From NCBI GenBank assembly GCA_964591445.1, contig CAZQAW010000002.1, positions 67,394 to 131,393 on the forward strand: a stretch of 64,000 nt of DNA, written 5' to 3'. The position numbers and the translations under genes were made by a program. The stretch is from an uncultured Candidatus Saccharibacteria bacterium (lineage in GTDB: Bacteria > Patescibacteriota > Minisyncoccia > Phycocordibacterales > UBA9973). The notes under the pieces are model-generated. The model had not been told where the DNA came from and searched no databases. It saw only the letters and a program-made list of their open reading frames with translations. Shown here in pieces: positions 1-9,277 of this stretch (within the stretch, counting starts at the first letter, position 1; each line of letters opens with the position of its first letter).

Positions 1-879
1 GTGATGCGGCGAGCGGAACGGCGGAGCCGTGACAAGCTCCCTGGCGAGGTTTCCTGCAATAGAATAAATTCCCGTTGCTTCCAAAATTTCTGGAAGTGTC
101 AACCGCGGAAGTATGCCGGCAAATGCTTTTGCGAGCATCGTCTTTCCGGTTCCCGGCGGGCCCGACATGACGACATTGTGCCCGCCGGCTGCGGCAATTT
201 CGAGTCCGCGTTTTGCGGCTTCTTGTCCACGAATATCAGAAAAGTCTGTCGTGTGGTCTTCTTCGGCATACGTTATTTCTGTTTGCGGTTGCTTTTGTAT
301 TTTTCCTCCCGTGCCAAGGGGAGGTGTCAGCCCTTTGGCTGACGGAGGGGTGTGTGGTTTTTCGTCCAAATGTTCTATGACTTCCTTCAAATAGTTCACT
401 CCGAAAATCGTAATGCCATCAATCAGTGCTGCTTCAGCTGCATTTTCCATCGGCACGTAGACTTCTTGAAATCCTTTTGCTTTCGCTTCGCGCACAAGTG
501 GCAATGTTCCTTTGATCGGTTTTATTTCTCCGTTCAATGCAAGCTCGCCCAAGAAAAGTTTTTTCTCCGGTTCAAAATGTATATCGCCAAGCGAAAGCAG
601 ATATCCGAGCGCAATCGCCAAGTCAAAATATGGACCTTCTTTTTTCAAATCCGCCGGCGAAAGCGAAACAACTATTTTCTGATTCTGACTTTTAGGCGAA
701 GTGTAACCAGAATTTTTAAGCGCGCCGGAAACGCGGTCTTTCGATTCATCGACTGCTTTGTCTGGAAGCCCAACCACGGTAAAAGCATGAAGCGAATTCT
801 TGGTGATATCCGCTTCGATAGTGACGATTGCACCTTTCAGTGCATGAGTTTGTGCGCTGTAGACTCTTGAGAAGGACAT
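1..879 (-). CDS. comM: ComM/YifB Mg-chelatase-like AAA+ ATPase (runs off the window; 3' part missing)
   Basis: Manual translation (not in the ORF track): MSFSRVYSAQ...FTVVGLPDKAVDESKDRV...SLSPADLKKEGPYFDLAIAL; Walker A GPPGTGKTMLAK. Confidence 0.93.
   Translation of the reverse strand, partial: MSFSRVYSAQTHALKGAIVTIEADITKNSLHAFTVVGLPDKAVDESKDRVSGALKNSGYTSPKSQNQKIVVSLSPADLKKEGPYFDLAIALGYLLSLGDIHFEPEKKLFLGELALNGEIKPIKGTLPLVREAKAKGFQEVYVPMENAAEAALIDGITIFGVNYLKEVIEHLDEKPHTPPSAKGLTPPLGTGGKIQKQPQTEITYAEEDHTTDFSDIRGQEAAKRGLEIAAAGGHNVVMSGPPGTGKTMLAKAFAGILPRLTLPEILEATGIYSIAGNLARELVTAPPFRSPHH
301..355 (-). repeat. REP-like double-hairpin unit inserted in frame in comM
   Basis: ACACACCCCTCCGTCAGCCAAAGGGCTGACACCTCCCCTTGGCACGGGAGGAAAA; homologous to 12032-12084 and 37155-37207. 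Confidence 0.85.
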
Positions 880-905
880 AGTATGCCCTTCTCCAAAAAG
901 AAGAG

Positions 906-1259
906 CTAGTTATTCATATGAGCTTTGCAAGTGCGTGCTGCTGGGTTTGCCATCAAGCGATCTTCTTCGATTGGCTCGCCAGAGATTTCGCACTTACCAT
1001 AGTTGCCGCCTTCGATTTTGTCGAGTGCGACGTTCACATCAGCATAGCGTGCTTCAAGTGTTTGCAAAATAGAAGTTCGTTCTTGGAAGTCTTCTGCTCG
1101 GTCTGCCAAGTCATTCTCGTCTGCTTCCGGCAAACCTGCTTCGGGAATTGCTTCCCAATCGCCGGTTTCAGTGTTTACTACGCGGCCAAGGGCCTTCAAT
1201 TCTTCGAGCAAAACACCTTTTTCTTCCAACAATTTTTCTTTATATACTGATGTATTCAT
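906..1259 (-). CDS. TraR/DksA family protein
   Basis: Coiled coil with DENDLAD, then YGKCEISGEPIEEDRLMANPAARTC; leaderless start (TATGAT-N6-ATG). Confidence 0.88.
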   Translation of the reverse strand: MNTSVYKEKLLEEKGVLLEELKALGRVVNTETGDWEAIPEAGLPEADENDLADRAEDFQERTSILQTLEARYADVNVALDKIEGGNYGKCEISGEPIEEDRLMANPAARTCKAHMNN

Positions 1260-1306
1260 AGTTGTATCATAACACTGATAAAGGAAATATCAACTTCCGC
1301 GAGATG

Positions 1307-2245
1307 TTACCGGCGAATCCGGCTCGCATTGTATCGAGTCATAATTTCGGCAAACGTTTCTTGGGTTGTGGTGATGATGACGGTGTTTTGGTTGACGAAT
1401 CCATAGAGAAGTATTGTCTTGCCGTCTTTGTCGAGGAGTGTGCGCACGTCGATATTTCTGATCGTCGTATCTTGGAAGGGTTTTGCCAAGAGATAAGCGC
1501 GTTCACCGGAAACCGATATGTCAAACATTGTGAAAAAATCATCCACCATTTTTTTCTCCCATTCGAGCAAGCCCGCGTACATGTTGTCGTAGTCGCTTGT
1601 GTTAAGAAGCATGAACGGCGTATTGGCGCCCGAGCTTACTCCTTTGTGCACGCCGACCATAAATTCATTTTGCAAACTTCGAGATGCCCGGCCCGGAATG
1701 CTGGAAGCTACGGTTGTAAAAAATGCTTGCGCGCCAAGTTTTGTCGCGACGTCGCCACTCTTGGTGATGAAATACATATACAGCACACCGCCGTCTTTGA
1801 GAGTAACTTTTTCGACGTCGTTTTTTATCATCGTCTGCACTTGGTTTTTCAAAAGTCCGGTTACGTCGTAGCCTTTGTTTTCATCTGCATAGACGAGCGA
1901 CTGGATCTGCGGAGTGCTGTCGGTGACTTTCGGAGTCGCATCTTTTCTCATGTATAAAAAGTAATACCCGACTGCAATGATTCCAAGTGCGACAAGCACC
2001 GAACTTCCTGCAATGAAAGCTTTATTTTTTCGCGAAGCCGGAGAAAAGTTTTCGTACTCAGCGGTTTTCTTTTTTTGCTCAGCCATCGCAATCTTCACCA
2101 CGCTCGCTTCCCCGCTTTTGATGGCCTCGGCCATGTCAGAAGAAAAAGTGCGAAGCACAGTCGGCTGCGAATTTATTTTCTCTGTACTTTTGTCGACAAA
2201 ATTCTCGCGACCCGTATTGTTATTTCCATTATTTCCCGGTGGCAT
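1307..2245 (-). CDS. Membrane-anchored hypothetical protein (CPR-type)
   Basis: 312-aa ORF, LRTFSSDMAEAI motif, one TM helix. Confidence 0.75.
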   Translation of the reverse strand: MPPGNNGNNNTGRENFVDKSTEKINSQPTVLRTFSSDMAEAIKSGEASVVKIAMAEQKKKTAEYENFSPASRKNKAFIAGSSVLVALGIIAVGYYFLYMRKDATPKVTDSTPQIQSLVYADENKGYDVTGLLKNQVQTMIKNDVEKVTLKDGGVLYMYFITKSGDVATKLGAQAFFTTVASSIPGRASRSLQNEFMVGVHKGVSSGANTPFMLLNTSDYDNMYAGLLEWEKKMVDDFFTMFDISVSGERAYLLAKPFQDTTIRNIDVRTLLDKDGKTILLYGFVNQNTVIITTTQETFAEIMTRYNASRIRR

Positions 2246-2278
2246 ATGCTTTGTAGTATAGCATCTTTTAGAAATGCG

Positions 2279-3037
2279 TTATTTCACATTTTTTACCACG
2301 CTTGCGCATTCTTCTTCTGAGATGACGGTGTGGAGGAGCGCTTGCAAGACTTTTGCCTTTGTTTCTTTCGGCAAGTTACTCCCTACACCCACCCCTCTTT
2401 TCTTGGCTTTTGCCGCGATAATGAAATCTATTTTCTCTGCAACATCTTGGTAAGCATTTGCCCCGTGTGCTACTAGGTGCAAATCTGGTCTGTCGACGGC
2501 TATCATTTCCATAACACCCTGCATCATTGTTTCTGCCAAGACTCCCATTTGTTCGTTATTCTTCCCTGTTCGCTCGGCAATTTTCTGGTAAGCCATCGAC
2601 ATGAGCATGTCTTTCTTGCGAGTTTCTTCGGTCAATTTTTCTGCCAGTATTTTATTTGTGTGGTTTTGGTAATCGTCTTCTCCTATTTTTTCTGTGTACA
2701 TTTTACGCAATCGTTTCCCTTCAAAAGTTCCTACTGTCCCCTTTTCTATCGCAACCTTCGCGCCAAAATGCCGGCTGGCGATTATTTCCCCGAGAGTTAC
2801 TTGTTCGTTCCCAATATAAAAAGATTTCTTGTATTTGTTATAAGAAATTACATTATCTTCACCCTCCAAAAGTTGGGCATCAGCAAGTTGCTCTGCACGA
2901 TGCTTTTCTTCTGTTGCTTGTAAAATTGCATCAGTTCCCACCAGCGCCCGCTCCATATCACCTAGAAAGTGAGGTTCTGTTTCCGGTGTTTCGTTTGTAC
3001 GACGCGGCGCTTCCATCAAGTTTGATTCGTTAAACAT
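2279..3037 (-). CDS. Hypothetical protein, possible degenerate PD-(D/E)xK fold
   Basis: ORF; start chosen from TATACT-N6-ATG; QDVAEKIDFII motif. Confidence 0.6.
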   Translation of the reverse strand: MFNESNLMEAPRRTNETPETEPHFLGDMERALVGTDAILQATEEKHRAEQLADAQLLEGEDNVISYNKYKKSFYIGNEQVTLGEIIASRHFGAKVAIEKGTVGTFEGKRLRKMYTEKIGEDDYQNHTNKILAEKLTEETRKKDMLMSMAYQKIAERTGKNNEQMGVLAETMMQGVMEMIAVDRPDLHLVAHGANAYQDVAEKIDFIIAAKAKKRGVGVGSNLPKETKAKVLQALLHTVISEEECASVVKNVK

Positions 3038-3133
3038 GTCTGTAGTATAGCAGGTCTGATAGCGAAAGAAATTATCATTTGACAAAATATATTTTTAAAT
3101 GTAATATAAAGAAAAATATAAAACAAAAAAGAA

Positions 3134-3790
3134 ATGAAAAAGCACATATTATTTCGAATAGACTACTATTCGTATCTTGGTTCTGATGCATCAAATGAGC
3201 ATTTTCTCTACAACACAAAATTAAGTAAGGAATGCATTGAAACGTTTACTCAGTTGCTTGAAACAACAAAGCTGCCGGTATTGTTTATAAATATGGCAAG
3301 CTCAAGCTATTCAATTTGGGGAAAGGATAAATTCCCTATTACTTATACAAACACAGATATACTGACTAACCTTTGTAAAAAACATAGGACTAAGGGTGAA
3401 ACGCTCTATTCTTTTATAACAGGTCAGCGAAGAAAAGACGGGTTAAAGTGGATGTATCGAAAAAGAGAGAAAATAAATGCTGAGCTTGATAAGATCATTA
3501 AGAGAATTAATAATGATGAAGCGATGATTATTGTGGCCTCTTTCCGTGATGCAGAATATTTACAAAAAAATTTGCTGGATATCAAAAAAGTATTTTCTGA
3601 TGTAGCCCCCTCTACTCAAATTCTGAATTCCTGGCGAATCATGTGTCGTGAAAATTGGGGTGGTACTTCTAAGCAACTATTTGTTAATGATTTTGCAAAT
3701 GGTAAAGGAGATAGTCAGGTAAATGTGTATCCACCTTCAAACACATTTGTAAGTAAAGCGCCTAGGCCTAGACAGAAAAAAGCTGCATAA
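3134..3790 (+). CDS. AT-rich orphan protein
   Basis: 218-aa ORF with upstream TTGACA promoter (~3079), A-rich leader and terminator. Confidence 0.7.
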   Translation: MKKHILFRIDYYSYLGSDASNEHFLYNTKLSKECIETFTQLLETTKLPVLFINMASSSYSIWGKDKFPITYTNTDILTNLCKKHRTKGETLYSFITGQRRKDGLKWMYRKREKINAELDKIIKRINNDEAMIIVASFRDAEYLQKNLLDIKKVFSDVAPSTQILNSWRIMCRENWGGTSKQLFVNDFANGKGDSQVNVYPPSNTFVSKAPRPRQKKAA

Positions 3791-3807
3791 ATAATAAATG
3801 CGGTATC

Positions 3808-3844
3808 AAAAAATCCTGAAACTCAAGTGAGTTTCAGGATTTTT
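3808..3844. terminator. Bidirectional intrinsic terminator
   Basis: AAAAAATCCTGAAACTC-AAGT-GAGTTTCAGGATTTTT between convergent genes. Confidence 0.85.
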
Positions 3845-4676
3845 ATTTCCCCAAAAGTTCAAACTGTTCTTGCAGATCTTTCGGTATGTAGAATCTTGCT
3901 GACATTCTTTTTCTTAGAGCTAATGCTTTTTTGCTGTTGTTCTCTACTATAATTTTGATCGTGCCTGGTCTTTTGAAAAGGTGGTTGAGTTTTGTTATGA
4001 GAACTGCTTCTTCTTTTTCTGTTTCGTATAGTTTGTCTATTTCTTCCGCAAGTCTTTTTGAAATCTTGGTTGTGATGATGTAGTCTTTCATCAGGCTTAT
4101 GTGGTCTCGCCTGCTAAAGTTCGCTTTGTGGTTGAGATCGACTTGGTGGAATTCATTTTGCAAACGCAGTTTCATTTTCTTGTCGAGTTCTGTTTCTCCG
4201 CCAAGAATCGAGAAATAATGAATTTTATTTTTAGTAAAGTTTTCTTCGTACTCGATTTCACTTTCTGTTCGTCCGTCGGCATAGTACCAAAAGTGATGCG
4301 GAAGGAATGCAAATGTCGGATACTGCCCAATTTCTTTTTGAATGTCGTTTAAAGTATGTTTCCAAAACGCATCCAAGTGCGCGATCTTGTTGAAGCTAAA
4401 AACAACATCTTCGCCGGGCGAAAGGCTGAAGCGATATTTTTCTTGGAATAGCGCCGAAGTCTTTTCTCTCCAGACACTGCTGACTGAGTACATTTTCTTC
4501 TGTTTCACCACGATATCCTCGGTAATTAATTCCCGAAGCGCTTTGTAGACACCCTGAATAGTGGCTTTTACTTGTAAGCTTCCCAAATAAGCTGAAATAC
4601 CGGCAACATCTGCCTCTTTTGCCAAAAGAAGCTCTATTATATGGTCATAAAGGGTTTTTCTTGTCCCAAGTAGCAT
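3843..4676 (-). CDS. Hypothetical protein with a predicted N-terminal winged helix
   Basis: TIQGVYKALRELITEDIVVK wHTH-like segment. Confidence 0.7.
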   Translation of the reverse strand: MLLGTRKTLYDHIIELLLAKEADVAGISAYLGSLQVKATIQGVYKALRELITEDIVVKQKKMYSVSSVWREKTSALFQEKYRFSLSPGEDVVFSFNKIAHLDAFWKHTLNDIQKEIGQYPTFAFLPHHFWYYADGRTESEIEYEENFTKNKIHYFSILGGETELDKKMKLRLQNEFHQVDLNHKANFSRRDHISLMKDYIITTKISKRLAEEIDKLYETEKEEAVLITKLNHLFKRPGTIKIIVENNSKKALALRKRMSARFYIPKDLQEQFELLGK

Positions 4677-4805
4677 ATAGAGACTATATCACTTTTAAAC
4701 TAATAGTTTAATTTATATTAATAATAAGTAATAAAATGGAAACTTTGTCAAATAACAGTTATACTTCCTTTAAATAAACACATTCACAATTTAAAAAATA
4801 AAACT

Positions 4806-5237
4806 ATGGATACTCAACTATTCAACCAAATGATTTCAAACGGAGGACTTGAATCATATAGAAAAAGCAGAACAATTCTTCTACCACTAGCTAGTTTTCT
4901 TAGCTTGTTTATACCATTCATTCTGACTCTGAGTTACTGCTATCTCAAAGTATCATCTGCGGGTACGAATATTGGATATGCAATTCTTATCTTATGTGCT
5001 TCTTACTTTCTTTCAATTTTTATCTTTAATAAAATTCTCAACTCGGGCTATAAAAAGAATCCTGAAAAATGGCAGAAGGCATTTCTATTTGAAAAGAAAA
5101 ATGAGCTTGAAAGATGCATCTTGGCACTTGATAATGCCAGGAAGATAAAAGCGGAAGAAGATAAAAAGAAAATTGATCAATTCAATGAGTCAATAAAAGA
5201 AATTGATAATTACTTAAACAATAAAAAAACTAAATAA
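4806..5237 (+). CDS. AT-rich orphan membrane protein (2 TM plus coiled coil)
   Basis: ORF with hydrophobic segments and an A-rich leader. Confidence 0.7.
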   Translation: MDTQLFNQMISNGGLESYRKSRTILLPLASFLSLFIPFILTLSYCYLKVSSAGTNIGYAILILCASYFLSIFIFNKILNSGYKKNPEKWQKAFLFEKKNELERCILALDNARKIKAEEDKKKIDQFNESIKEIDNYLNNKKTK

Positions 5238-5238
5238 A

Positions 5239-5514
5239 ATGAAAAAAGATAGAACTCATGATGAAGAATCCTTTATCATTGATATAAAATTTCACATTGT
5301 TTTCTTTATTCTAGCTGCCGTGAGTGTTTTTGCAGATACGAATGTTGGTTGGCATTTCGGAAATCATTTTGTAAATGAACATATCGTAATTTCCTGTATT
5401 ATTTTTGTTGTATATGCAATGGGTTGGTTTGCTACATTTATATATGGTTTATTTTGCGCAAGACCGGTTATTCTTTTCGGCAGTGTAGTATTATTCATTT
5501 ATTGTCAGTTTTAA
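5239..5514 (+). CDS. AT-rich orphan small membrane protein
   Basis: Coupled to the upstream ORF; hydrophobic; followed by terminator 5517-5552. Confidence 0.65.
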   Translation: MKKDRTHDEESFIIDIKFHIVFFILAAVSVFADTNVGWHFGNHFVNEHIVISCIIFVVYAMGWFATFIYGLFCARPVILFGSVVLFIYCQF

Positions 5515-5556
5515 TCAAAAATCCCATCACGAGTTGTGATGGGATTTTTTTTAAAA

Positions 5557-6642
5557 TTACTTAAGAATTTTTAGCAAAGGATCAAACCGGAAAAGTTTAT
5601 TTCGACTTCGCTGTCCAACTTCAGAAATGTAGTTTTTTTCCTGTAAATTCTTTATGAGACTTGTTGCGGTAAGGTAGCTTGAACATTTTGTTGAATCCTG
5701 AACCATTTTAATAGTGAAAATCGGAGATTCGAAGAGCATATCAATAAATGGAATTATATATGGAGATTTATTAGTACTGTATTCTTTTCTCACCTTGTCA
5801 TATAAGGAATATATTTCTTCTATGATTTTTTGTGTTTCGTTGAGTTGTTCAGAAACAGAACGAAGGAAAAATTTTAACCACTCCTCGATATCATTACCCT
5901 CATCCACTGCATGCAATTTATCGATGTATTCATCTTTGTGGTCTTCAAAATAACCACTCAAATAGAGAATCGGGGCAGAAAGTCGTTGGTGTTTATGTAA
6001 GACTAATGGAATAAGTAGTCTACCAATACGCCCGTTTCCGTCATCAAAAGGGTGGATTGCTTCAAATTGATAATGCATCACGCCAGCTTTTATAAGTGCA
6101 TTTTCTTTGCCATTATTTATATAGTCAAACAGATTATCGACACCGCTTCTTACGTGTATTGGTTCTGGTGGAACATAAATTGCTTTCTCGATTGGATCTC
6201 CTGCACGTTCTGCAATCCATACTTGGCCTTCACGAAATTTCCCTAGTAAACCTTTATGGCGAACATCTTTCAATAGTATCCCGTGTAAGCTCTCAATGAG
6301 ATGACTACTTACACCTCTGCCTTTCTGAATTTCTTTTACTGCAAGCCCCATTGCTGTTCGGTAGTTTATGACTTCCTGAATGTCTGCGTGTTTAGTTTTT
6401 TCACCAGCATCAAATAGGAAAACATCCGCGACATCGCTTTGTGTTCCTTCGATCTTAGAACTCATAACGGCTTCTTTCGCTGTAAGAGGTGAAATAAGAA
6501 GTGAAGAGTTTTGTAATTTTTTTTGAGAACCTTCAAGTAAGCCAAGGGCGTACTCGGCGGTTGATAGTTCTTCTGCAAATTTGTTATAGTCTAACTTCAG
6601 CCCTTTAGGGTCCAAGTTTTTTACGATTGCTGGTTTTTTCAT
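5557..6642 (-). CDS. Fic family protein (class II-like, C-terminal wHTH)
   Basis: HPFDDGNGRIGR catalytic motif; N-terminal SSKIEG inhibitory motif. Confidence 0.93.
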   Translation of the reverse strand: MKKPAIVKNLDPKGLKLDYNKFAEELSTAEYALGLLEGSQKKLQNSSLLISPLTAKEAVMSSKIEGTQSDVADVFLFDAGEKTKHADIQEVINYRTAMGLAVKEIQKGRGVSSHLIESLHGILLKDVRHKGLLGKFREGQVWIAERAGDPIEKAIYVPPEPIHVRSGVDNLFDYINNGKENALIKAGVMHYQFEAIHPFDDGNGRIGRLLIPLVLHKHQRLSAPILYLSGYFEDHKDEYIDKLHAVDEGNDIEEWLKFFLRSVSEQLNETQKIIEEIYSLYDKVRKEYSTNKSPYIIPFIDMLFESPIFTIKMVQDSTKCSSYLTATSLIKNLQEKNYISEVGQRSRNKLFRFDPLLKILK

Positions 6643-6656
6643 ACAATTACAGTGTA

Positions 6657-6725
6657 TTATGTGTACATAAGAATGTCAAGTTTCTTATGTATAAGTATTT
6701 TTTGTACATAACACCTTATATACAT
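6657..6725. promoter_or_regulatory. fic promoter with repeated palindromic operator-like sites
   Basis: Minus strand TTGACA-N17-TACACT overlapped by TTATGT(GT)ACATAA-like palindromes. Confidence 0.55.
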
Positions 6726-6741
6726 CGTAAGAAGAATTTTA

Positions 6742-8931
6742 CTATTGTGTCATAGGAGCTTGAGTGTACGGATTCTTGATGAAGTCTTTGTTTGCTTCTT
6801 TGATTGAAAGGCTGATGCGGCCGCGCTCTGGGTCTACCGCTACGACTTTTACTGGCACTCTTTGCCCTTCTTTTAATACATCTGTAACTTTTTGAACTCG
6901 AAACGGTGCGATTTCAGAAATGTGCACAAGTCCGTCGGTGTATTCAGAAAGTGCGACCACTGCGCCGATTTCAAGAATTTTTATTACAAGTCCTTCGGCA
7001 CTGTCACCCACGCGCCATTCTTTGGTCAGTGCTTCGATAATTTTCTTTGCAGCTTCGGCACTTCCGTCTTTGCCGGTAATGAATACTGTTCCGTCATCTT
7101 CGATATTGATTTCCGCGCCTGTTTTATCTTTGATGCCGTTCACTGTTTTGCCTCCGCCTCCGATCACAAGACCGATCTGTTCTGTCTTGATTTTGATCAC
7201 AAAAATCTTCGGAGCTTTTGCAGATATGTCAGCGCGAGGTTTCGCGATTTCTTTTTCAATCGTGTCGAGGATAGTGTAGCGCGCAGTTTTTGCTTGCTCG
7301 AGTGCAGCTTTCAAAATCTCTGGTGCGATGCCGCCAACTTTGATGTCGAGCTGAAGCGCAGTGATTCCCTTTCGTGTTCCGGCAATTTTAAAATCCATGT
7401 CGCCGTGATGGTCTTCCGGGCCTTGGATGTCGGTCAAGATTTTATAGTCGGTGTGATTTTCTTCATCGATCATTGCGCCCATTGCAATCCCGGCAACCGC
7501 GGCTTTGATCGGTACGCCTCCGTCCATGAGCGCAAGAGATGATGCACAAATAGAAGCTTGAGAAGTCGAGCCGTTCGATGCCATAGATTCAGATACGACG
7601 CGGATCGTGTAAGGAAAATCCATTTTAGATGGAAGCACCGGTACAAGCGCTTTTTCGGCGAGCATGCCGTGTCCCATTTCGCGGCGGTTCATGCCACCCA
7701 CGCGTCCAGTTTCTCCGGCAGAATACGGCGGAAAGTTGTAGTGATGCATAAATCTTTTTTCTCCGCGCACTTCCATGCCGTCCAAAATGTACATGTCGGC
7801 CGGGCCGCCAAGCGTAAGCGCAGAAAAGACGTGTGTTTCTCCGCGATAAAAAATGCCTGTGCCATGAAGCATTGGAGACACGCCGCCTGCTTGCGCAAAA
7901 AGGTTTCGAACTTCATCCATTCTTCGTCCGTCTGCACGGCGATTTTCTTTGAGCGCACCAACGTGAAGCACTCGGTCAACTTCGTGATGGAAATAGTCGA
8001 CCGCAATGTTTCGCAGTTCGTCGTTTGCTTTGTTTGTTTTATAATCTGCGGACGGCGGATACATTTCTTCAGCAATTTCTTTCCATTTGATTTCAAAATC
8101 GGTAATGTTGTCTTTTGAAAGTGTGCCTTCGAACTTCCCTTTCATGAAAAGTCCGTCCATGAGTTCTGTGCCGATAGTTTCTGCAAATTTCTGCTTCACT
8201 TCTTCTGGAGTTGCAGGCTTTGGAAATGAAAGTTTTGCTTTGCCGATTTCAGAAACGATTTTCTTCTGCCAGTTTTCAATTTCTGTAATGTGCGTTACCG
8301 CTTTGTCAAAAGCAATGCCCACGTTCGCTTCGTCCATTTCAAATGTCATCGCTTCGATCATCATGATCTTGCCTTCTTTTCCGCACACGGTAAGATCCAT
8401 GTCATACACCGCTTCGCCTTGGTGCGGTACGTATTCGTCGTATTTGATTTCGCTTTCACCTTTTACTTTGCCAATGTGCACCGCGCCCACTGGCCCGTCC
8501 CAAGGAATGTCTGACACCGCAAGCGCAAGCGATGCTGCGTTGATACCAAGCACTCCCGGGTCTGCTTGCCCTACAGAAAGTACGGTGATGATGACTTGCA
8601 CTGCGTTCTTGATATGCTTTTCAAACAAAGGACGGATCGTGCGGTCGATGATGCGAGAAGAAAGCACTGCTTCGTCGCTCGGCCGGCCTTCGCGCTTGTT
8701 GTATTGTCCGCCCAAGATGAGCCCTGCTGCATAATGCTTTTCCAAATACTCGACTGTAAGATTAAAAAATCCCAAACTTTTTTCTGCAGATTTTGAAATC
8801 ACTGCAGTTGCCATAACTATAGTGTCTTCACATTTGAGCATCACCGAGCCGTTTGCTTGGTCTGCCAAATCTGAAAAAATAGCGGTCATAGTCTTGCCGC
8901 CTACCTCTAAAGAATACTCTTTTTGTTTCAT
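6742..8931 (-). CDS. pnp: Polyribonucleotide nucleotidyltransferase
   Basis: Two RNase PH domains (HHYNFPPYS, SNGSTSQAS, GDMDFKIAGT), KH and S1; likely start MKQKEYS. Confidence 0.97.
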   Translation of the reverse strand: MKQKEYSLEVGGKTMTAIFSDLADQANGSVMLKCEDTIVMATAVISKSAEKSLGFFNLTVEYLEKHYAAGLILGGQYNKREGRPSDEAVLSSRIIDRTIRPLFEKHIKNAVQVIITVLSVGQADPGVLGINAASLALAVSDIPWDGPVGAVHIGKVKGESEIKYDEYVPHQGEAVYDMDLTVCGKEGKIMMIEAMTFEMDEANVGIAFDKAVTHITEIENWQKKIVSEIGKAKLSFPKPATPEEVKQKFAETIGTELMDGLFMKGKFEGTLSKDNITDFEIKWKEIAEEMYPPSADYKTNKANDELRNIAVDYFHHEVDRVLHVGALKENRRADGRRMDEVRNLFAQAGGVSPMLHGTGIFYRGETHVFSALTLGGPADMYILDGMEVRGEKRFMHHYNFPPYSAGETGRVGGMNRREMGHGMLAEKALVPVLPSKMDFPYTIRVVSESMASNGSTSQASICASSLALMDGGVPIKAAVAGIAMGAMIDEENHTDYKILTDIQGPEDHHGDMDFKIAGTRKGITALQLDIKVGGIAPEILKAALEQAKTARYTILDTIEKEIAKPRADISAKAPKIFVIKIKTEQIGLVIGGGGKTVNGIKDKTGAEINIEDDGTVFITGKDGSAEAAKKIIEALTKEWRVGDSAEGLVIKILEIGAVVALSEYTDGLVHISEIAPFRVQKVTDVLKEGQRVPVKVVAVDPERGRISLSIKEANKDFIKNPYTQAPMTQ

Positions 8932-9072
8932 AGATACTTGTCCGCCTGTGGCGGGTTGTACGAATCTACAAGCTTTAGAACTGAAACCAGCTGGCTTCAA
9001 TACTACATGCTCACAGACTCGTGGTTAGTTGTAATGTCTGTACTCTAACACGAAATACTTTCTATGTGAAAC

Positions 9073-9149
9073 AAAAAAATAAACCCCTCGGCAATCACTG
9101 CGGAGGGGTTTGAACCTAAAACTTATGCAATCTCACCGAATTGTAAAGC
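9073..9149 (-). ncRNA. Candidate ~75-nt small RNA
   Basis: Extended -10 TGaTATAAT (9156-9164, minus strand) and terminator AAACCCCTC-N13-GAGGGGTTT with a U tract; no sense ORF. Confidence 0.45.
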
Positions 9150-9277
9150 TTCTTTATTATATCACATGAGTCTATTGACTTACCACATCCTAGGTGTATC
9201 AATAAAAAAACAGGCTTTGCAATTGCAAAGCCTGTACCCTAATGATGAACCTTCATTCAGAGAGTTTTTTCACTTGA

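Noticed and set aside
1-870. Plus-strand ORFs 1-342, 113-394, 352-870 and many similar overlapping ORFs across the window
   Set aside because: Antisense or alternate-frame shadows of recognisable genes (here comM)
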